Part shown: one piece after another, positions 8,848 through 20,665 of the stretch
How the letters are laid out: each line of letters begins with the position of its first letter
How positions within the stretch are numbered: position 1 is the first letter of the stretch
Program-made: the position numbers and the translations under genes
Source of the DNA: Paraphysomonas bandaiensis
Lineage: Eukaryota; Protista; Chrysophyceae
Length of the DNA stretch: 64,000 nt
Reading direction: 5' to 3'
Assembly: GCA_965644295.1 (NCBI GenBank)
Contig: CBFFRP010000070.1
Location: 6,570 to 70,569, forward strand
The notes under the pieces: model-generated
What the model was told of the DNA's origin: nothing
The model's input: only the letters and a program-made list of their open reading frames with translations
Database searches by the model: none

Positions 8848-9692
8848 ATGCACACGTGTTGAGTAGTGTTATAAGAAGTTTTTAGCACTATTACCTACCC
8901 TGCCTATATATTACCTGTGCACATATAAACAAGGTAGTTAAGACAAATCAATGTCAGTCATGGCAAGGCTCAAACACCCATAGTCGCGTCAGAAGAGTTT
9001 AGGCGCATTATTAGGATGCATGAACTTCACAATATATATGCAGTATAGATAGCGCAATGTTGAGTTATGTTGTATAATATTTTACATATATTTACAATTG
9101 AAGTGAGATGATAGTAGTTTGAAATAGGTAAAACCAACCCGCAGCAGAAAAACGTTAATATATTTAAAAAGGAAGTAAATTCAGTTACTGACGAATGTCT
9201 ATACAAGATATTTATAGGTATGAGGTTAACTGTTGATATGATAAATAGAGACGTTACATCATATAATATGATCTGAATCGTTTGTATTAATAACTATAAA
9301 CGAAGAATATCTATTAGTAAAACTAAGCAAGTTTAAGGATTATGTGTAGAGCAGGGTTAACATCTGTGTACTATTCAATTCTAACAGGCTATACCAATTC
9401 GCAACTTAGCAACACTTTTAAATTAATTATAAATCGCAAAGTCAACCACATTTTAGAATCCATACCCAATCATTACCCAAATTAATTGGTTTATGCCCTA
9501 TGTTTGGACGGAAAGTGCTTTTAACAATATAAAAGCTAAGGTCGTTTTAGTATTATAGCTGCGTTTCTAGTCTATAAATATCTCTGGTATTTCTATACCT
9601 TCTGCTCCAGCAATACACCTAATTTTCTCGCCGCATACATGTATCTGTAGTCACTAAACATTCCTTTTCAGTTTTTGGCCTGCAGTAACTAC

Positions 9693-10117
9693 CAGGGATA
9701 GGGAACAATATATTGCAATACTATTGTTAGATAGCGTTCCATCAATAGTATTGATGGATTTTTTAAACCGGCCCTACAATACTATTTCAATATATTTCAA
9801 TATATTGTACAATGTATTGCAATACAATATATTATTAGGATTCAGCTTAATACATGATTGTATCTGTGAGTTATAATGTTCAATGAAATATACCATGAAC
9901 TGAATTAGAGAGAGTATCTGTCGAAGATACGTGATCGTCATCATAACGTCGTCATTATCAGTTACACTTCTAACTATTCCGTTGTGCATGATAGTACGTT
10001 CTATATTGTTATTCATAATTTTCACTCTATCGTGTTCATTACTTACACTCTAATAATCACAACATTGTTTTACTATTATAAAGATCAATTCTTTATTTAT
10101 ATTGTTCCCTATCCCTG
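9693..10117. mobile_element. hAT-like MITE copy 1 (CAGGG...CCCTG), interrupted by a solo LTR
   Basis: TIR CAGGGATAGGGAACAATA / TATTGTTCCCTATCCCTG; internal sequence shared with 10159-10282. Confidence 0.7.
9833..10097 (+). repeat. Solo LTR of the Copia-A family
   Basis: Near-identical to 32144-32408 except the last ~25 bp; TATAT duplication on both sides. Confidence 0.9.
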
Positions 10118-10158
10118 GTACATCAGTTATCTGACAAGCTTGCTCACAGTCTATTTAG

Positions 10159-10282
10159 CAGGGAAAAGGGGGAAATATATTGCAATACTATTGTTAGATA
10201 GCGTTCCTTCAATAGTATTGATGGGGTTTTTAAACCGGTCCTACAATGCTATTGCAATACAATTTATTGTTCCCTATCCCTG
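10159..10282. mobile_element. hAT-like MITE copy 2 (~124 bp); a degenerate third copy follows at ~10301-10410
   Basis: CAGGG...CCCTG termini flanked by CTATTTAG / CTATCTAG (8-bp TSD, 7/8 match). Confidence 0.7.
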
Positions 10283-11407
10283 CTATCTAGTATCTGAAAC
10301 CAGGGGTTCAATAACTATATATAGCAAAACTATTGAGAGATAGTGTTCCAACAATGTTTTAGTTTTATAGCGTTCCGTCAATACTACTGATGAAGGTTTT
10401 AGAACCGGATCAATCATTGATCAGTAAAAGTAAACACATAAGTAGATTCCAGTTTTAGTACTAGTCATTGAGTTCACATTATAAAAAGAACACTTTGTTG
10501 GCTACTTCTTAGCTAATTACAATTTTCCTCATACATATCCTCTGAGCCATCATCGGTGACGTCAGCATTTATAGCGCAAAGTAAATGTTGTGCCGATTCA
10601 CCTGCTAAATTTAACGTTGTGTTTTCAAGTGTTTCAATATTCTGTGCATATCAACTTGTCCACAGTATCGTTGAAAGTTGTGTCACTTATGATGAATCAA
10701 CAAAGTGGTACTGTATGTGCTTGAATTTCAGCTTAGTGTTTGAAACAAAACAAAAACTTCTTCAATCTGCCGTTCTTCCACCTTCAAAAACTGAGACTGT
10801 GGAGCTCTTCATCAAAACCTACCCAGCCTCGTCACAGTTGAGCTCAAAGTACACACTAATCATGACGAGAATCGCATCCACTTTGACTGCAGGGCACTAC
10901 AAGAATACAGAAGCAGTCGCTATCAAGAACCACGACATAGCCGGAATACAAATAGAGGTGTGACGGTGACTACAGCGAGGGAGCAGCAGAGGAAGCCTCG
11001 AATAAAAGAAAACTGGAGCTGAACTCATACGTAGCAGCTATGAGCCAGAGGAGTAAGAAGCTACATGCGTTTGTTCGTCACTCACGCTAACAGACATACA
11101 TGTTCGTTAATGGGTTCCGGCCTGTCTGCTCGACACACCAGAGCAGAGCGGCGGAACCTGCCTGCAGATATCTTCCACTCATCGGTAGTCATCATCTTAT
11201 TTTTCGGAAATAAATTGAAGTAAAAATCATCTAAATTACTGCAATACAACTACGGCTGAAATACAGATAATTGTTGTCTCAATTATTTGAGGCATCTTGG
11301 AACAAAAATATACAAAGGATGCCGATACGTACTGCTGTACTCTGCTGTATACCGTATACGCAACTTCTGGTATTGTATGTATACTGTTGTATACACTGTT
11401 ATCTGTA

Positions 11408-14129
11408 AAATATCCCACTTTTACGAATATTTGGATCACCGTATAACGGACTTGCCGAACAATAAATGTTCGGAAAATCGGTTTATCTCCACCGTATAAT
11501 TATGATATCTAGAATATCTCGATTTTACGAACACATTATTGTTCGGCATTTTTTTACCGTTTGGCCACTATCGCCATTCAAACCATACAACACCAATGCC
11601 CATAAACTGCAAGAACAAAGAACTTAGAACAAATAAAGCACTTAAAACAAACCAAGCACAATGGATATTATTAGAGAGCAAAGTGAGTTCAGAGATGAGA
11701 TTGCACAGCAAACCAAGCAGATGCGGTTAACGGATAGCACCCGCAGGCAATATGCAGACAGGGTCAGGGCCTTTGCACATTGGCTTGATGAGCATTACCC
11801 CGCCTGCGTGGAAAGAGACAACGGTGACAAGCTCACACCAATACTACCGATACCTGACGTAGTCATGGAAAAGTACATGGCTCATGTGCTTCTTAAAATA
11901 GACAGCCGCACTGGTCTGTACTATGACCCTCCACAATATTACTCGTTTGCACACGTTAATGGACATCGAAGTGCTCTTAAGAATATGTACACGGAAAAGC
12001 GAATGAACCCTTCACCGGAAATAGAGAGTATGTTTAAGGAAACTCTCGAGGGATTCAAGAGGAAGGTTGCTGACCTTAAGCAGCGTGGCTTATTACCTTC
12101 ACGAGAAGGCAAGGCTGCAATGACCATGAAAGGGTACATATTTCTTGCAGAGAAAGCAGCTAAACAGGACCATGACTTTGGACTGTATACATTTTGCTTG
12201 TCCTATTTATTGCTATGCTGGAATTTGATAGCAAGATCTGTAACAGTTGCACATATAATGTACGATCATATATCTTGGGAGGAGGATGCACTGACCATTA
12301 ATATTGGCAAACAGAAGAATGATCAAGAGGGAAGCAATGGATTTCCGCGTCATATATATGCAAACCCAAAAAACCCTATAATATGTCCTATTTTGGCATT
12401 ATCAGTATGGGTGTTTACTCAAGGCTATCATCGTGAAGGCTCTGATAGGCGCCTCTTCGGGAACCCAAGAAGTTCTCAAGATCGATTTGAGAAATGGCTC
12501 TCTAAAGTACTTAAAACATTTGCTGATGCTATTATATCTCTGGGTATAATGATTGCAGAAATAGGAACACACTCATTCAGAAAAGGTGTTGCAACGGCAT
12601 TAGCTAATTGCCCTGGTGGACCCAGTGCCATAAATATATGGTTGCGAGCTGGATGGAGTTTAGGACCCGTTCAGAGTCGATACATATTTGAAGGAGCAGG
12701 TGGAGATCAATTTGTTGGCAGGGCAGCTACAGGTATATCAAGCAGTGATCCCGACTTTGCTATTCTTCCACCTCATTTCGATGACACTAATGGCCCGGTT
12801 CTATCCGTTGAAGAATGGGAAGACATACTGCCTGGCTTCACATCATTCTATCCTGAGAATTTTAGAGTGGCTTTGCCTTATCTTCTTGCTTCGCTGGCAT
12901 ATCATCATGACTGGCTATTAGACACTCTTTCACCAAATCATCCTCTGTTTCTTCAAAGAGTTTGGACAAGTGGTATACTACAACGTCTACGACCGAAAGT
13001 ATTAACTGGTGTGTTTCGAAATGATGTGTCAAGAATGAATGCTACTGGTGTTCCACCCAATGTGATTCTAGCTAATCGTATGTCGTCGCTGGAAGCAAAT
13101 GTCGGGAACTTATCTAGAGGTATGCGAGAAATGCATACGACATTACCGGAAGCATTGTGTACGAGAATGCTTGATAAGTTTACAGTTAATGGTGCGGTGC
13201 CAATAACTAGTACCGACATCGATAGTCTACGCGAAACACTTTTAGAAGAAATCAGAACAAGATGTACTCCACATAATGTGGAGCAAATTTCTACACAAGA
13301 AGAGCAATCCACATCACAAGAGAAGCCTGGATTTTACACATGGGGAGGGCGCCATCATTTGTTTCCAGAGGGCTTTCGTTTTCCAAAAGGTAACATAAAA
13401 ATGCTGTGGGATCTGTGGTGGGGGGGAGAACCTCAGAGACATATATTACCCTACAGAAAAATCAAAGGCTTCGATTTATCCCGAACTGACCGGGTAAACT
13501 GGAGTAAATGTACCTGCATCATGAACGCACTAGTCTCCAAGGGCATAGAGATGAACGAGATCGGAGCAGTAGAGGATATTAGTAGCCTACTACCACGACA
13601 AAGAGATGCGTTATTCAGCAAAGTGTTTATACCTTTCTGTATGAACATATTCGCGGTTGCTAATCCCGTTCTTCTCGATGATATAGGCATCGGAAAAATG
13701 TCATATACGACATTCTACGATTACATGAAGGGTCGCAAGAGGAATAAACGTAGACGGAATGAAATGGAGCAAACGGAAGAAGATAATTGACTGGTACATG
13801 TCTATGTTTGTGTCGTATATACGTGAGGGGGTCTGTGAGACTATTAACAGTCACCTTCACGTATATACATGAACAGACATCGCATTAATGGAGGGGTTGA
13901 TGAGAATATGACGCTCAAGTAGATAGCTATCGGCTTCTGGTGTAGATATCATCTTGTTTCATGGCACTACTGACAGTTTAAAGTAACATGTAAAGTTGAA
14001 CGTTAGATGACATACACATACAACACCATTCTACAACAGTACTCTACCACAATTATACAACAGTATACAGCAGTAATACTACATAATACCGTTCTGTTCG
14101 TATACTGTTCGTAAAAGCGGACCTTCTAT
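11408..14129 (+). mobile_element. Crypton (tyrosine-recombinase DNA transposon), unit 1, 2722 bp
   Basis: Single intronless YR ORF, no long TIRs. Short AAATATC/AAGTATC direct repeat at the ends. Repeated at 14130-16851. Confidence 0.9.
11661..13790 (+). CDS. Crypton tyrosine recombinase with probable GCR1_C-like C-terminal DNA-binding domain, 709 aa
   Basis: Catalytic R(LIARS)-K(KQKND)-HxxR(GTHSFRKG)-W(RAGW)-Y(QSRY). GDQFVGR motif. C-terminal FPEGFRFP...LWDLWWGG. Confidence 0.9.
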   Translation: MDIIREQSEFRDEIAQQTKQMRLTDSTRRQYADRVRAFAHWLDEHYPACVERDNGDKLTPILPIPDVVMEKYMAHVLLKIDSRTGLYYDPPQYYSFAHVNGHRSALKNMYTEKRMNPSPEIESMFKETLEGFKRKVADLKQRGLLPSREGKAAMTMKGYIFLAEKAAKQDHDFGLYTFCLSYLLLCWNLIARSVTVAHIMYDHISWEEDALTINIGKQKNDQEGSNGFPRHIYANPKNPIICPILALSVWVFTQGYHREGSDRRLFGNPRSSQDRFEKWLSKVLKTFADAIISLGIMIAEIGTHSFRKGVATALANCPGGPSAINIWLRAGWSLGPVQSRYIFEGAGGDQFVGRAATGISSSDPDFAILPPHFDDTNGPVLSVEEWEDILPGFTSFYPENFRVALPYLLASLAYHHDWLLDTLSPNHPLFLQRVWTSGILQRLRPKVLTGVFRNDVSRMNATGVPPNVILANRMSSLEANVGNLSRGMREMHTTLPEALCTRMLDKFTVNGAVPITSTDIDSLRETLLEEIRTRCTPHNVEQISTQEEQSTSQEKPGFYTWGGRHHLFPEGFRFPKGNIKMLWDLWWGGEPQRHILPYRKIKGFDLSRTDRVNWSKCTCIMNALVSKGIEMNEIGAVEDISSLLPRQRDALFSKVFIPFCMNIFAVANPVLLDDIGIGKMSYTTFYDYMKGRKRNKRRRNEMEQTEEDN

Positions 14130-16858
14130 AAATATCCCACTTTTACGAATATTTGGATCACCGTATAACGGACTTGCCGAACAATAAATGTTCGGAAAAT
14201 CGGTTTATCTCCACCGTATAATTATGATATCTAGAATATCTCGATTTTACGAACACATTATTGTTCGGCATTTTTTTACCGTTTGGCCACTATCGCCATT
14301 CAAACCATACAACACCAATGCCCATAAACTGCAAGAACAAAGAACTTAGAACAAATAAAGCACTTAAAACAAACCAAGCACAATGGATATTATTAGAGAG
14401 CAAAGTGAGTTCAGAGATGAGATTGCACAGCAAACCAAGCAGATGCGGTTAACGGATAGCACCCGCAGGCAATATGCAGACAGGGTCAGGGCCTTTGCAC
14501 ATTGGCTTGATGAGCATTACCCCGCCTGCGTGGAAAGAGACAACGGTGACAAGCTCACACCAATACTACCGATACCTGACGTAGTCATGGAAAAGTACAT
14601 GGCTCATGTGCTTCTTAAAATAGACAGCCGCACTGGTCTGTACTATGACCCTCCACAATATTACTCGTTTGCACACGTTAATGGACATCGAAGTGCTCTT
14701 AAGAATATGTACACGGAAAAGCGAATGAACCCTTCACCGGAAATAGAGAGTATGTTTAAGGAAACTCTCGAGGGATTCAAGAGGAAGGTTGCTGACCTTA
14801 AGCAGCGTGGCTTATTACCTTCACGAGAAGGCAAGGCTGCAATGACCATGAAAGGGTACATATTTCTTGCAGAGAAAGCAGCTAAACAGGACCATGACTT
14901 TGGACTGTATACATTTTGCTTGTCCTATTTATTGCTATGCTGGAATTTGATAGCAAGATCTGTAACAGTTGCACATATAATGTACGATCATATATCTTGG
15001 GAGGAGGATGCACTGACCATTAATATTGGCAAACAGAAGAATGATCAAGAGGGAAGCAATGGATTTCCGCGTCATATATATGCAAACCCAAAAAACCCTA
15101 TAATATGTCCTATTTTGGCATTATCAGTATGGGTGTTTACTCAAGGCTATCATCGTGAAGGCTCTGATAGGCGCCTCTTCGGGAACCCAAGAAGTTCTCA
15201 AGATCGATTTGAGAAATGGCTCTCTAAAGTACTTAAAACATTTGCTGATGCTATTATATCTCTGGGTATAATGATTGCAGAAATAGGAACACACTCATTC
15301 AGAAAAGGTGTTGCAACGGCATTAGCTAATTGCCCTGGTGGACCCAGTGCCATAAATATATGGTTGCGAGCTGGATGGAGTTTAGGACCCGTTCAGAGTC
15401 GATACATATTTGAAGGAGCAGGTGGAGATCAATTTGTTGGCAGGGCAGCTACAGGTATATCAAGCAGTGATCCCGACTTTGCTATTCTTCCACCTCATTT
15501 CGATGACACTAATGGCCCGGTTCTATCCGTTGAAGAATGGGAAGACATACTGCCTGGCTTCACATCATTCTATCCTGAGAATTTTAGAGTGGCTTTGCCT
15601 TATCTTCTTGCTTCGCTGGCATATCATCATGACTGGCTATTAGACACTCTTTCACCAAATCATCCTCTGTTTCTTCAAAGAGTTTGGACAAGTGGTATAC
15701 TACAACGTCTACGACCGAAAGTATTAACTGGTGTGTTTCGAAATGATGTGTCAAGAATGAATGCTACTGGTGTTCCACCCAATGTGATTCTAGCTAATCG
15801 TATGTCGTCGCTGGAAGCAAATGTCGGGAACTTATCTAGAGGTATGCGAGAAATGCATACGACATTACCGGAAGCATTGTGTACGAGAATGCTTGATAAG
15901 TTTACAGTTAATGGTGCGGTGCCAATAACTAGTACCGACATCGATAGTCTACGCGAAACACTTTTAGAAGAAATCAGAACAAGATGTACTCCACATAATG
16001 TGGAGCAAATTTCTACACAAGAAGAGCAATCCACATCACAAGAGAAGCCTGGATTTTACACATGGGGAGGGCGCCATCATTTGTTTCCAGAGGGCTTTCG
16101 TTTTCCAAAAGGTAACATAAAAATGCTGTGGGATCTGTGGTGGGGGGGAGAACCTCAGAGACATATATTACCCTACAGAAAAATCAAAGGCTTCGATTTA
16201 TCCCGAACTGACCGGGTAAACTGGAGTAAATGTACCTGCATCATGAACGCACTAGTCTCCAAGGGCATAGAGATGAACGAGATCGGAGCAGTAGAGGATA
16301 TTAGTAGCCTACTACCACGACAAAGAGATGCGTTATTCAGCAAAGTGTTTATACCTTTCTGTATGAACATATTCGCGGTTGCTAATCCCGTTCTTCTCGA
16401 TGATATAGGCATCGGAAAAATGTCATATACGACATTCTACGATTACATGAAGGGTCGCAAGAGGAATAAACGTAGACGGAATGAAATGGAGCAAACGGAA
16501 GAAGATAATTGACTGGTACATGTCTATGTTTGTGTCGTATATACGTGAGGGGGTCTGTGAGACTATTAACAGTCACCTTCACGTATATACATGAACAGAC
16601 ATCGCATTAATGGAGGGGTTGATGAGAATATGACGCTCAAGTAGATAGCTATCGGCTTCTGGTGTAGATATCATCTTGTTTCATGGCACTACTGACAGTT
16701 TAAAGTAACATGTAAAGTTGAACGTTAGATGACATACACATACAACACCATTCTACAACAGTACTCTACCACAATTATACAACAGTATACAGCAGTAATA
16801 CTACATAATACCGTTCTGTTCGTATACTGTTCGTAAAAGCGGACCTTCTATAAGTATC
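14130..16858 (+). mobile_element. Crypton, unit 2 (tandem copy)
   Basis: Offset 2722 from unit 1; identical protein. Confidence 0.9.
14383..16512 (+). CDS. Crypton tyrosine recombinase, copy 2
   Basis: Identical 709-aa translation. Confidence 0.9.
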   Translation: MDIIREQSEFRDEIAQQTKQMRLTDSTRRQYADRVRAFAHWLDEHYPACVERDNGDKLTPILPIPDVVMEKYMAHVLLKIDSRTGLYYDPPQYYSFAHVNGHRSALKNMYTEKRMNPSPEIESMFKETLEGFKRKVADLKQRGLLPSREGKAAMTMKGYIFLAEKAAKQDHDFGLYTFCLSYLLLCWNLIARSVTVAHIMYDHISWEEDALTINIGKQKNDQEGSNGFPRHIYANPKNPIICPILALSVWVFTQGYHREGSDRRLFGNPRSSQDRFEKWLSKVLKTFADAIISLGIMIAEIGTHSFRKGVATALANCPGGPSAINIWLRAGWSLGPVQSRYIFEGAGGDQFVGRAATGISSSDPDFAILPPHFDDTNGPVLSVEEWEDILPGFTSFYPENFRVALPYLLASLAYHHDWLLDTLSPNHPLFLQRVWTSGILQRLRPKVLTGVFRNDVSRMNATGVPPNVILANRMSSLEANVGNLSRGMREMHTTLPEALCTRMLDKFTVNGAVPITSTDIDSLRETLLEEIRTRCTPHNVEQISTQEEQSTSQEKPGFYTWGGRHHLFPEGFRFPKGNIKMLWDLWWGGEPQRHILPYRKIKGFDLSRTDRVNWSKCTCIMNALVSKGIEMNEIGAVEDISSLLPRQRDALFSKVFIPFCMNIFAVANPVLLDDIGIGKMSYTTFYDYMKGRKRNKRRRNEMEQTEEDN

Positions 16859-17031
16859 TATCTACAGGAGTCTATACCGGTAGACTGCTGTATGCTGTAT
16901 ACCTACACAAGCAGCAAGTCGAGTGCGCTGCGGCAGTGTTCTGATAGGCTACGAGTACATACATACCCACATAGAGCAAGTGCACCCACCTCATACATAA
17001 AATCTCATAGATCTACACGTGACCGGCGCCC

Positions 17032-19812
17032 ATGTCCATACTCCTTCTACTGCTATCTGTCACATCATTCATCTCCGTCTGCTCTGTCTCCGATGATCTC
17101 TTCTATCAGGATATCTCTCACAGGTCTGTGTATGCAGAGGGTCATACAGCCAACTGGGAACAGCTCCCCTTCACAGGCATCAATAAAGGGAACTCCCTGT
17201 TCTTGAGGGGCATCAGCTGCTTCTTATCTGTCTCTGATGGGGTCCTGTATTCGTCCTCTGTGAACCCCACTCAGAATAAGATCAAACTAGAGAGCCCCTT
17301 TAAAGCATGGAGGAGTGCCTACACTCTTAACGGGGACGCTCTTGCCCTCGCTGTTAATCCCAATAATGAGAATTCCTTCTATGTCGTCACTGCAGATAAT
17401 ATTGAAGAGGTGCATCTGATCAATTCTACAGCTGATAATTCATGCGGAGCTGTGGAGTCTGTCGATTCGTTGCTGCCGAATGCATCGCCCTGGGGGATTG
17501 TAAATGCAGTTACAGCTTCAAAGCTATCCATATGGGTTGCATCCTCAGACAGAGGCCTGATTCAGGTATGAGCCTTTTTGTTTTATCGACGACACCACAC
17601 TTGCGTATGGACTGTTATGTTGTTTTGAAATCTGTGGCACGATTAACAGATTGAGGATGTAGGTGGACTTGGAGTCTGGTGAAACTTCCGTTGTTCCCGT
17701 TGATGACGCTGATGTGCGATCCTTGTATTGGGTTCAACCTTGGCAGCAGTTGTTCGTTGGTACACCCACTGCTCTATATACGCTGACCTACTCCCAGACA
17801 ACCATCGCGTCGACAGACCACGAGTGGGTCGGTGCTATTATTGACACCGTACCACTGGATATGGCTTACGAAGAAGTGTATGACTCTCTATGGATAGCAA
17901 ACAGAGAAAGTGTTCACCGGCTTACGAGGTCAGGTATGCTGTGGAGATATGGGCAGCGACAAGGAGCTCCTACGGGTAATATCACCTCCGTAACTTGCAC
18001 GACCGGGATGGTATATGTTGGTACACTCTATGGTGTAGCAAGAGTGGCTGGTAATGCTGATCCCACTCAGATCGATCAGCTCATGACTCATGCAACTACT
18101 AGTACTACTGATCCGTGGAAGTGGTCTTACTACGAAGGCCATAGATACTTACCCCATGACCACACAATTGCCGTCGTGGGGGGGCGTGTGTCAAGCTCGG
18201 CTGTGGTACTGGCAGTATGTGAGACTGGACTTGCTCTTCTGGAAAGTGCTTTGTGGACGTTAAAAGAGAAGTCACTGTCAATGGGGACCTTTCAAAACCC
18301 TCGCCACAATCGACATGGGCTCACTACTGGTGTGAATCTCAACGAATATGGTGATTTGAATACTTATGTTCAACACTGTGACGACAACGATGGACTATGG
18401 ACCAGTATGCATGCCATGGGTGAGATTTACCGGTACATGGTAACTGGTGAATTGGAAGCAAAGCAACTAGCGTGGACTGCTTTTGAGGCACTTGAATTGC
18501 TGAACATTCTACCAGGTGATGTAAACATTAAGTACAGTGTCAACCCTTTTTTTCCCCTCACCTGGCACGAGTAATGGTATTGATATAGGAGCTTATCCCA
18601 GATTTCCAGCCAGATCATTTTGTCTTTTGAATGAATCTGAAACTCTGAGTGGCTGTAGTGGTGACGTATGGGTACAATCTGATGTAAATCCTAACTATAT
18701 GTGGAAATCCACCACAAGTTCTGATGAAATTGATGGACATCTTGCCGTTCTTCCAATGATGTACGATCATATCGCATCCACAGATGAAGAGAAAGCTAGA
18801 GTATACGCTTTAATTGAAGGTAGAGTATAACATATTGCACATGACATGATACACTATAGTGTAGATATACAACTTGTTCCATGCTGGTACATTGTGTTGT
18901 GGTGTAATATATATCTCAGGAATTACAGGGGGTATCGTTGCGAATGACCTCTATCTTATTGACCCCTCCACCGGTGAGCCAACACACTGGGGCTTTTGGA
19001 ACCCAGAACTGGTTAATGATGACCCAGAACACTACTCCGAACGGGGAACTAATTCTCTTGGAATTCTAGCATACTTGGCCTCGGCCTACAGTGTCACTCA
19101 CAACGAACTCTACGTGAAAGTGTTTTGGGACTTGGGAATTAACCAAGGATATATCAAGAACTGTATGAATGCGAAAATTGACTGTCCAATGGAAGATAAC
19201 CATAGCGATAACGAGCTGCTGTTTCAAGCGTACCACATTCTCTTCTATGCCCTTCAGAGACTTCCATTGGATGACCCCGAGGTATCCCATATTCGTGAGG
19301 AGGTTTCTCGTATGGTGAACGCATTGGTTCCTTCAATTGATCGTATGTGGCACATAGTGCAAGGCGAGCGCAGTCCTTTGTGGCTTGGAATATATGCAGG
19401 TATTACAAAGTGGCGATTTGTGAGTTTTATATGTATTGTGCATGGCGCTTCACATTCTGTTATAGTTCGTGAGTAAATGGTTCTGTATTTAGGTACCTGC
19501 CAGCGCCCAGTGAGCGAGAAAGATATATCTGATGCTGTTTGGACATTGCGTCGGTGGGCCATTGATATGATAGTATGGCCAATCAAAAATTCTAATCGAT
19601 GGGACATTACGGAGAGCCCATTCTTTCCACGGGACTCCTCCACAAATCATTTGATGCGCCAAATCATTCCCCCCGCAGAGAGAGTGACCACAAAGTGGAA
19701 CGCGGACCCGTTTATATTTGATGCCGGCAGTGGATACAGTGAAGAGGCTCCATATGTATGGAGGCTGCCGTACTATCTGATGTTGTATAACAATCTCATT
19801 ACTGATGAGTAA
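17032..19812 (+). CDS. Secreted protein: beta-propeller-like N-half and helical-barrel-like C-half; 5 exons (17032-17565, 17663-18515, 18589-18819, 18920-19399, 19493-19812)
   Basis: Signal peptide MSILLLLLSV. GT-AG introns join the ORF pieces in frame. Motifs DNDGLWTSM, TSSDEIDGH, PTHWGFWNPE, RGTNSLGILAYL, NHSDNELLF. Confidence 0.8.
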
Positions 19813-20665
19813 ATATGCTCAAGAGAGCGCTTTATGAATTTGAATTTGTATTTTTGTATCGTGAGCTCGGCCCTATATTGTGAGTAACCAATGTACACGC
19901 CATACTGGTCGCAACCGATCAACTTCTAGTAGTCTCCATTGTTGCGGAAAATTGCTTCACTCTTATCAGTAATAACACATTTATTGATTTGTACATGCTT
20001 GTTTATCCAAGCGATTATATATTGCAGCTTTAGATGTGTACATGAGTGGTCTACTGAGCCATTATGATATAAGGATAAAGAGAAGATGACGTTGGTAGTA
20101 GTATGTGATAAGTGGTAGTTAGTAGCTAGAATTCCTAGTTAGGAATAATGAAATAAGTACTAAGGTCAGAAATTGGGTAACACACACAATATCTTTGATT
20201 TTTATGATGGGTTTGTGGTATGTGGCAGGAATGTTCCATAACCGCATGGAACGGATTGATGTTGCTTCTTCATCACAGTGTGAACAATTTGTGGTGTTGA
20301 GTTAAGTCTTGAAATTCACAGTTGGTCGGTATTACAGAAAAATAACTATTAGAATATAGTTAAAATGAGAATGAATGAGAGTGTGCTGCAGGCTTCCGTA
20401 ACAATGAATTGGTTACAGGTGTCCAACAACAATAAGTGCTATTATTTACAAAGCATCCAGTTATTGGCATTTTGCAGTGAATTCCCTACAATTCTATTTC
20501 TGGATTTTAGAATAGCTTTCTAAAATATAAACTCATCCCACCAAAGATTTGCCCGCAGGAACATTAATATTTCAAGGTGTTACTAAAATCTTAGCTCTCT
20601 GCTAAACTAAACTACTCTTACAAACATTGGTAGTACTATGTAATTCAAACACTTCAGTATTGAAA

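Noticed and set aside
9774-10025. Recurrent minus-strand ORF MNNNIERTIMH... in Copia-A LTRs (also 32133-32330, 39087-39284)
   Set aside because: Short, has no domain, and runs out of the LTR into different flanks before stopping, unlike the gypsy SET ORF
10556-10963. 135-aa ORF upstream of the Crypton
   Set aside because: Non-ATG start, no recognisable motif, outside the repeated unit
20035-20190. Possible solo LTR (TGTGT...ACACA)
   Set aside because: No TSD and no second copy in the window
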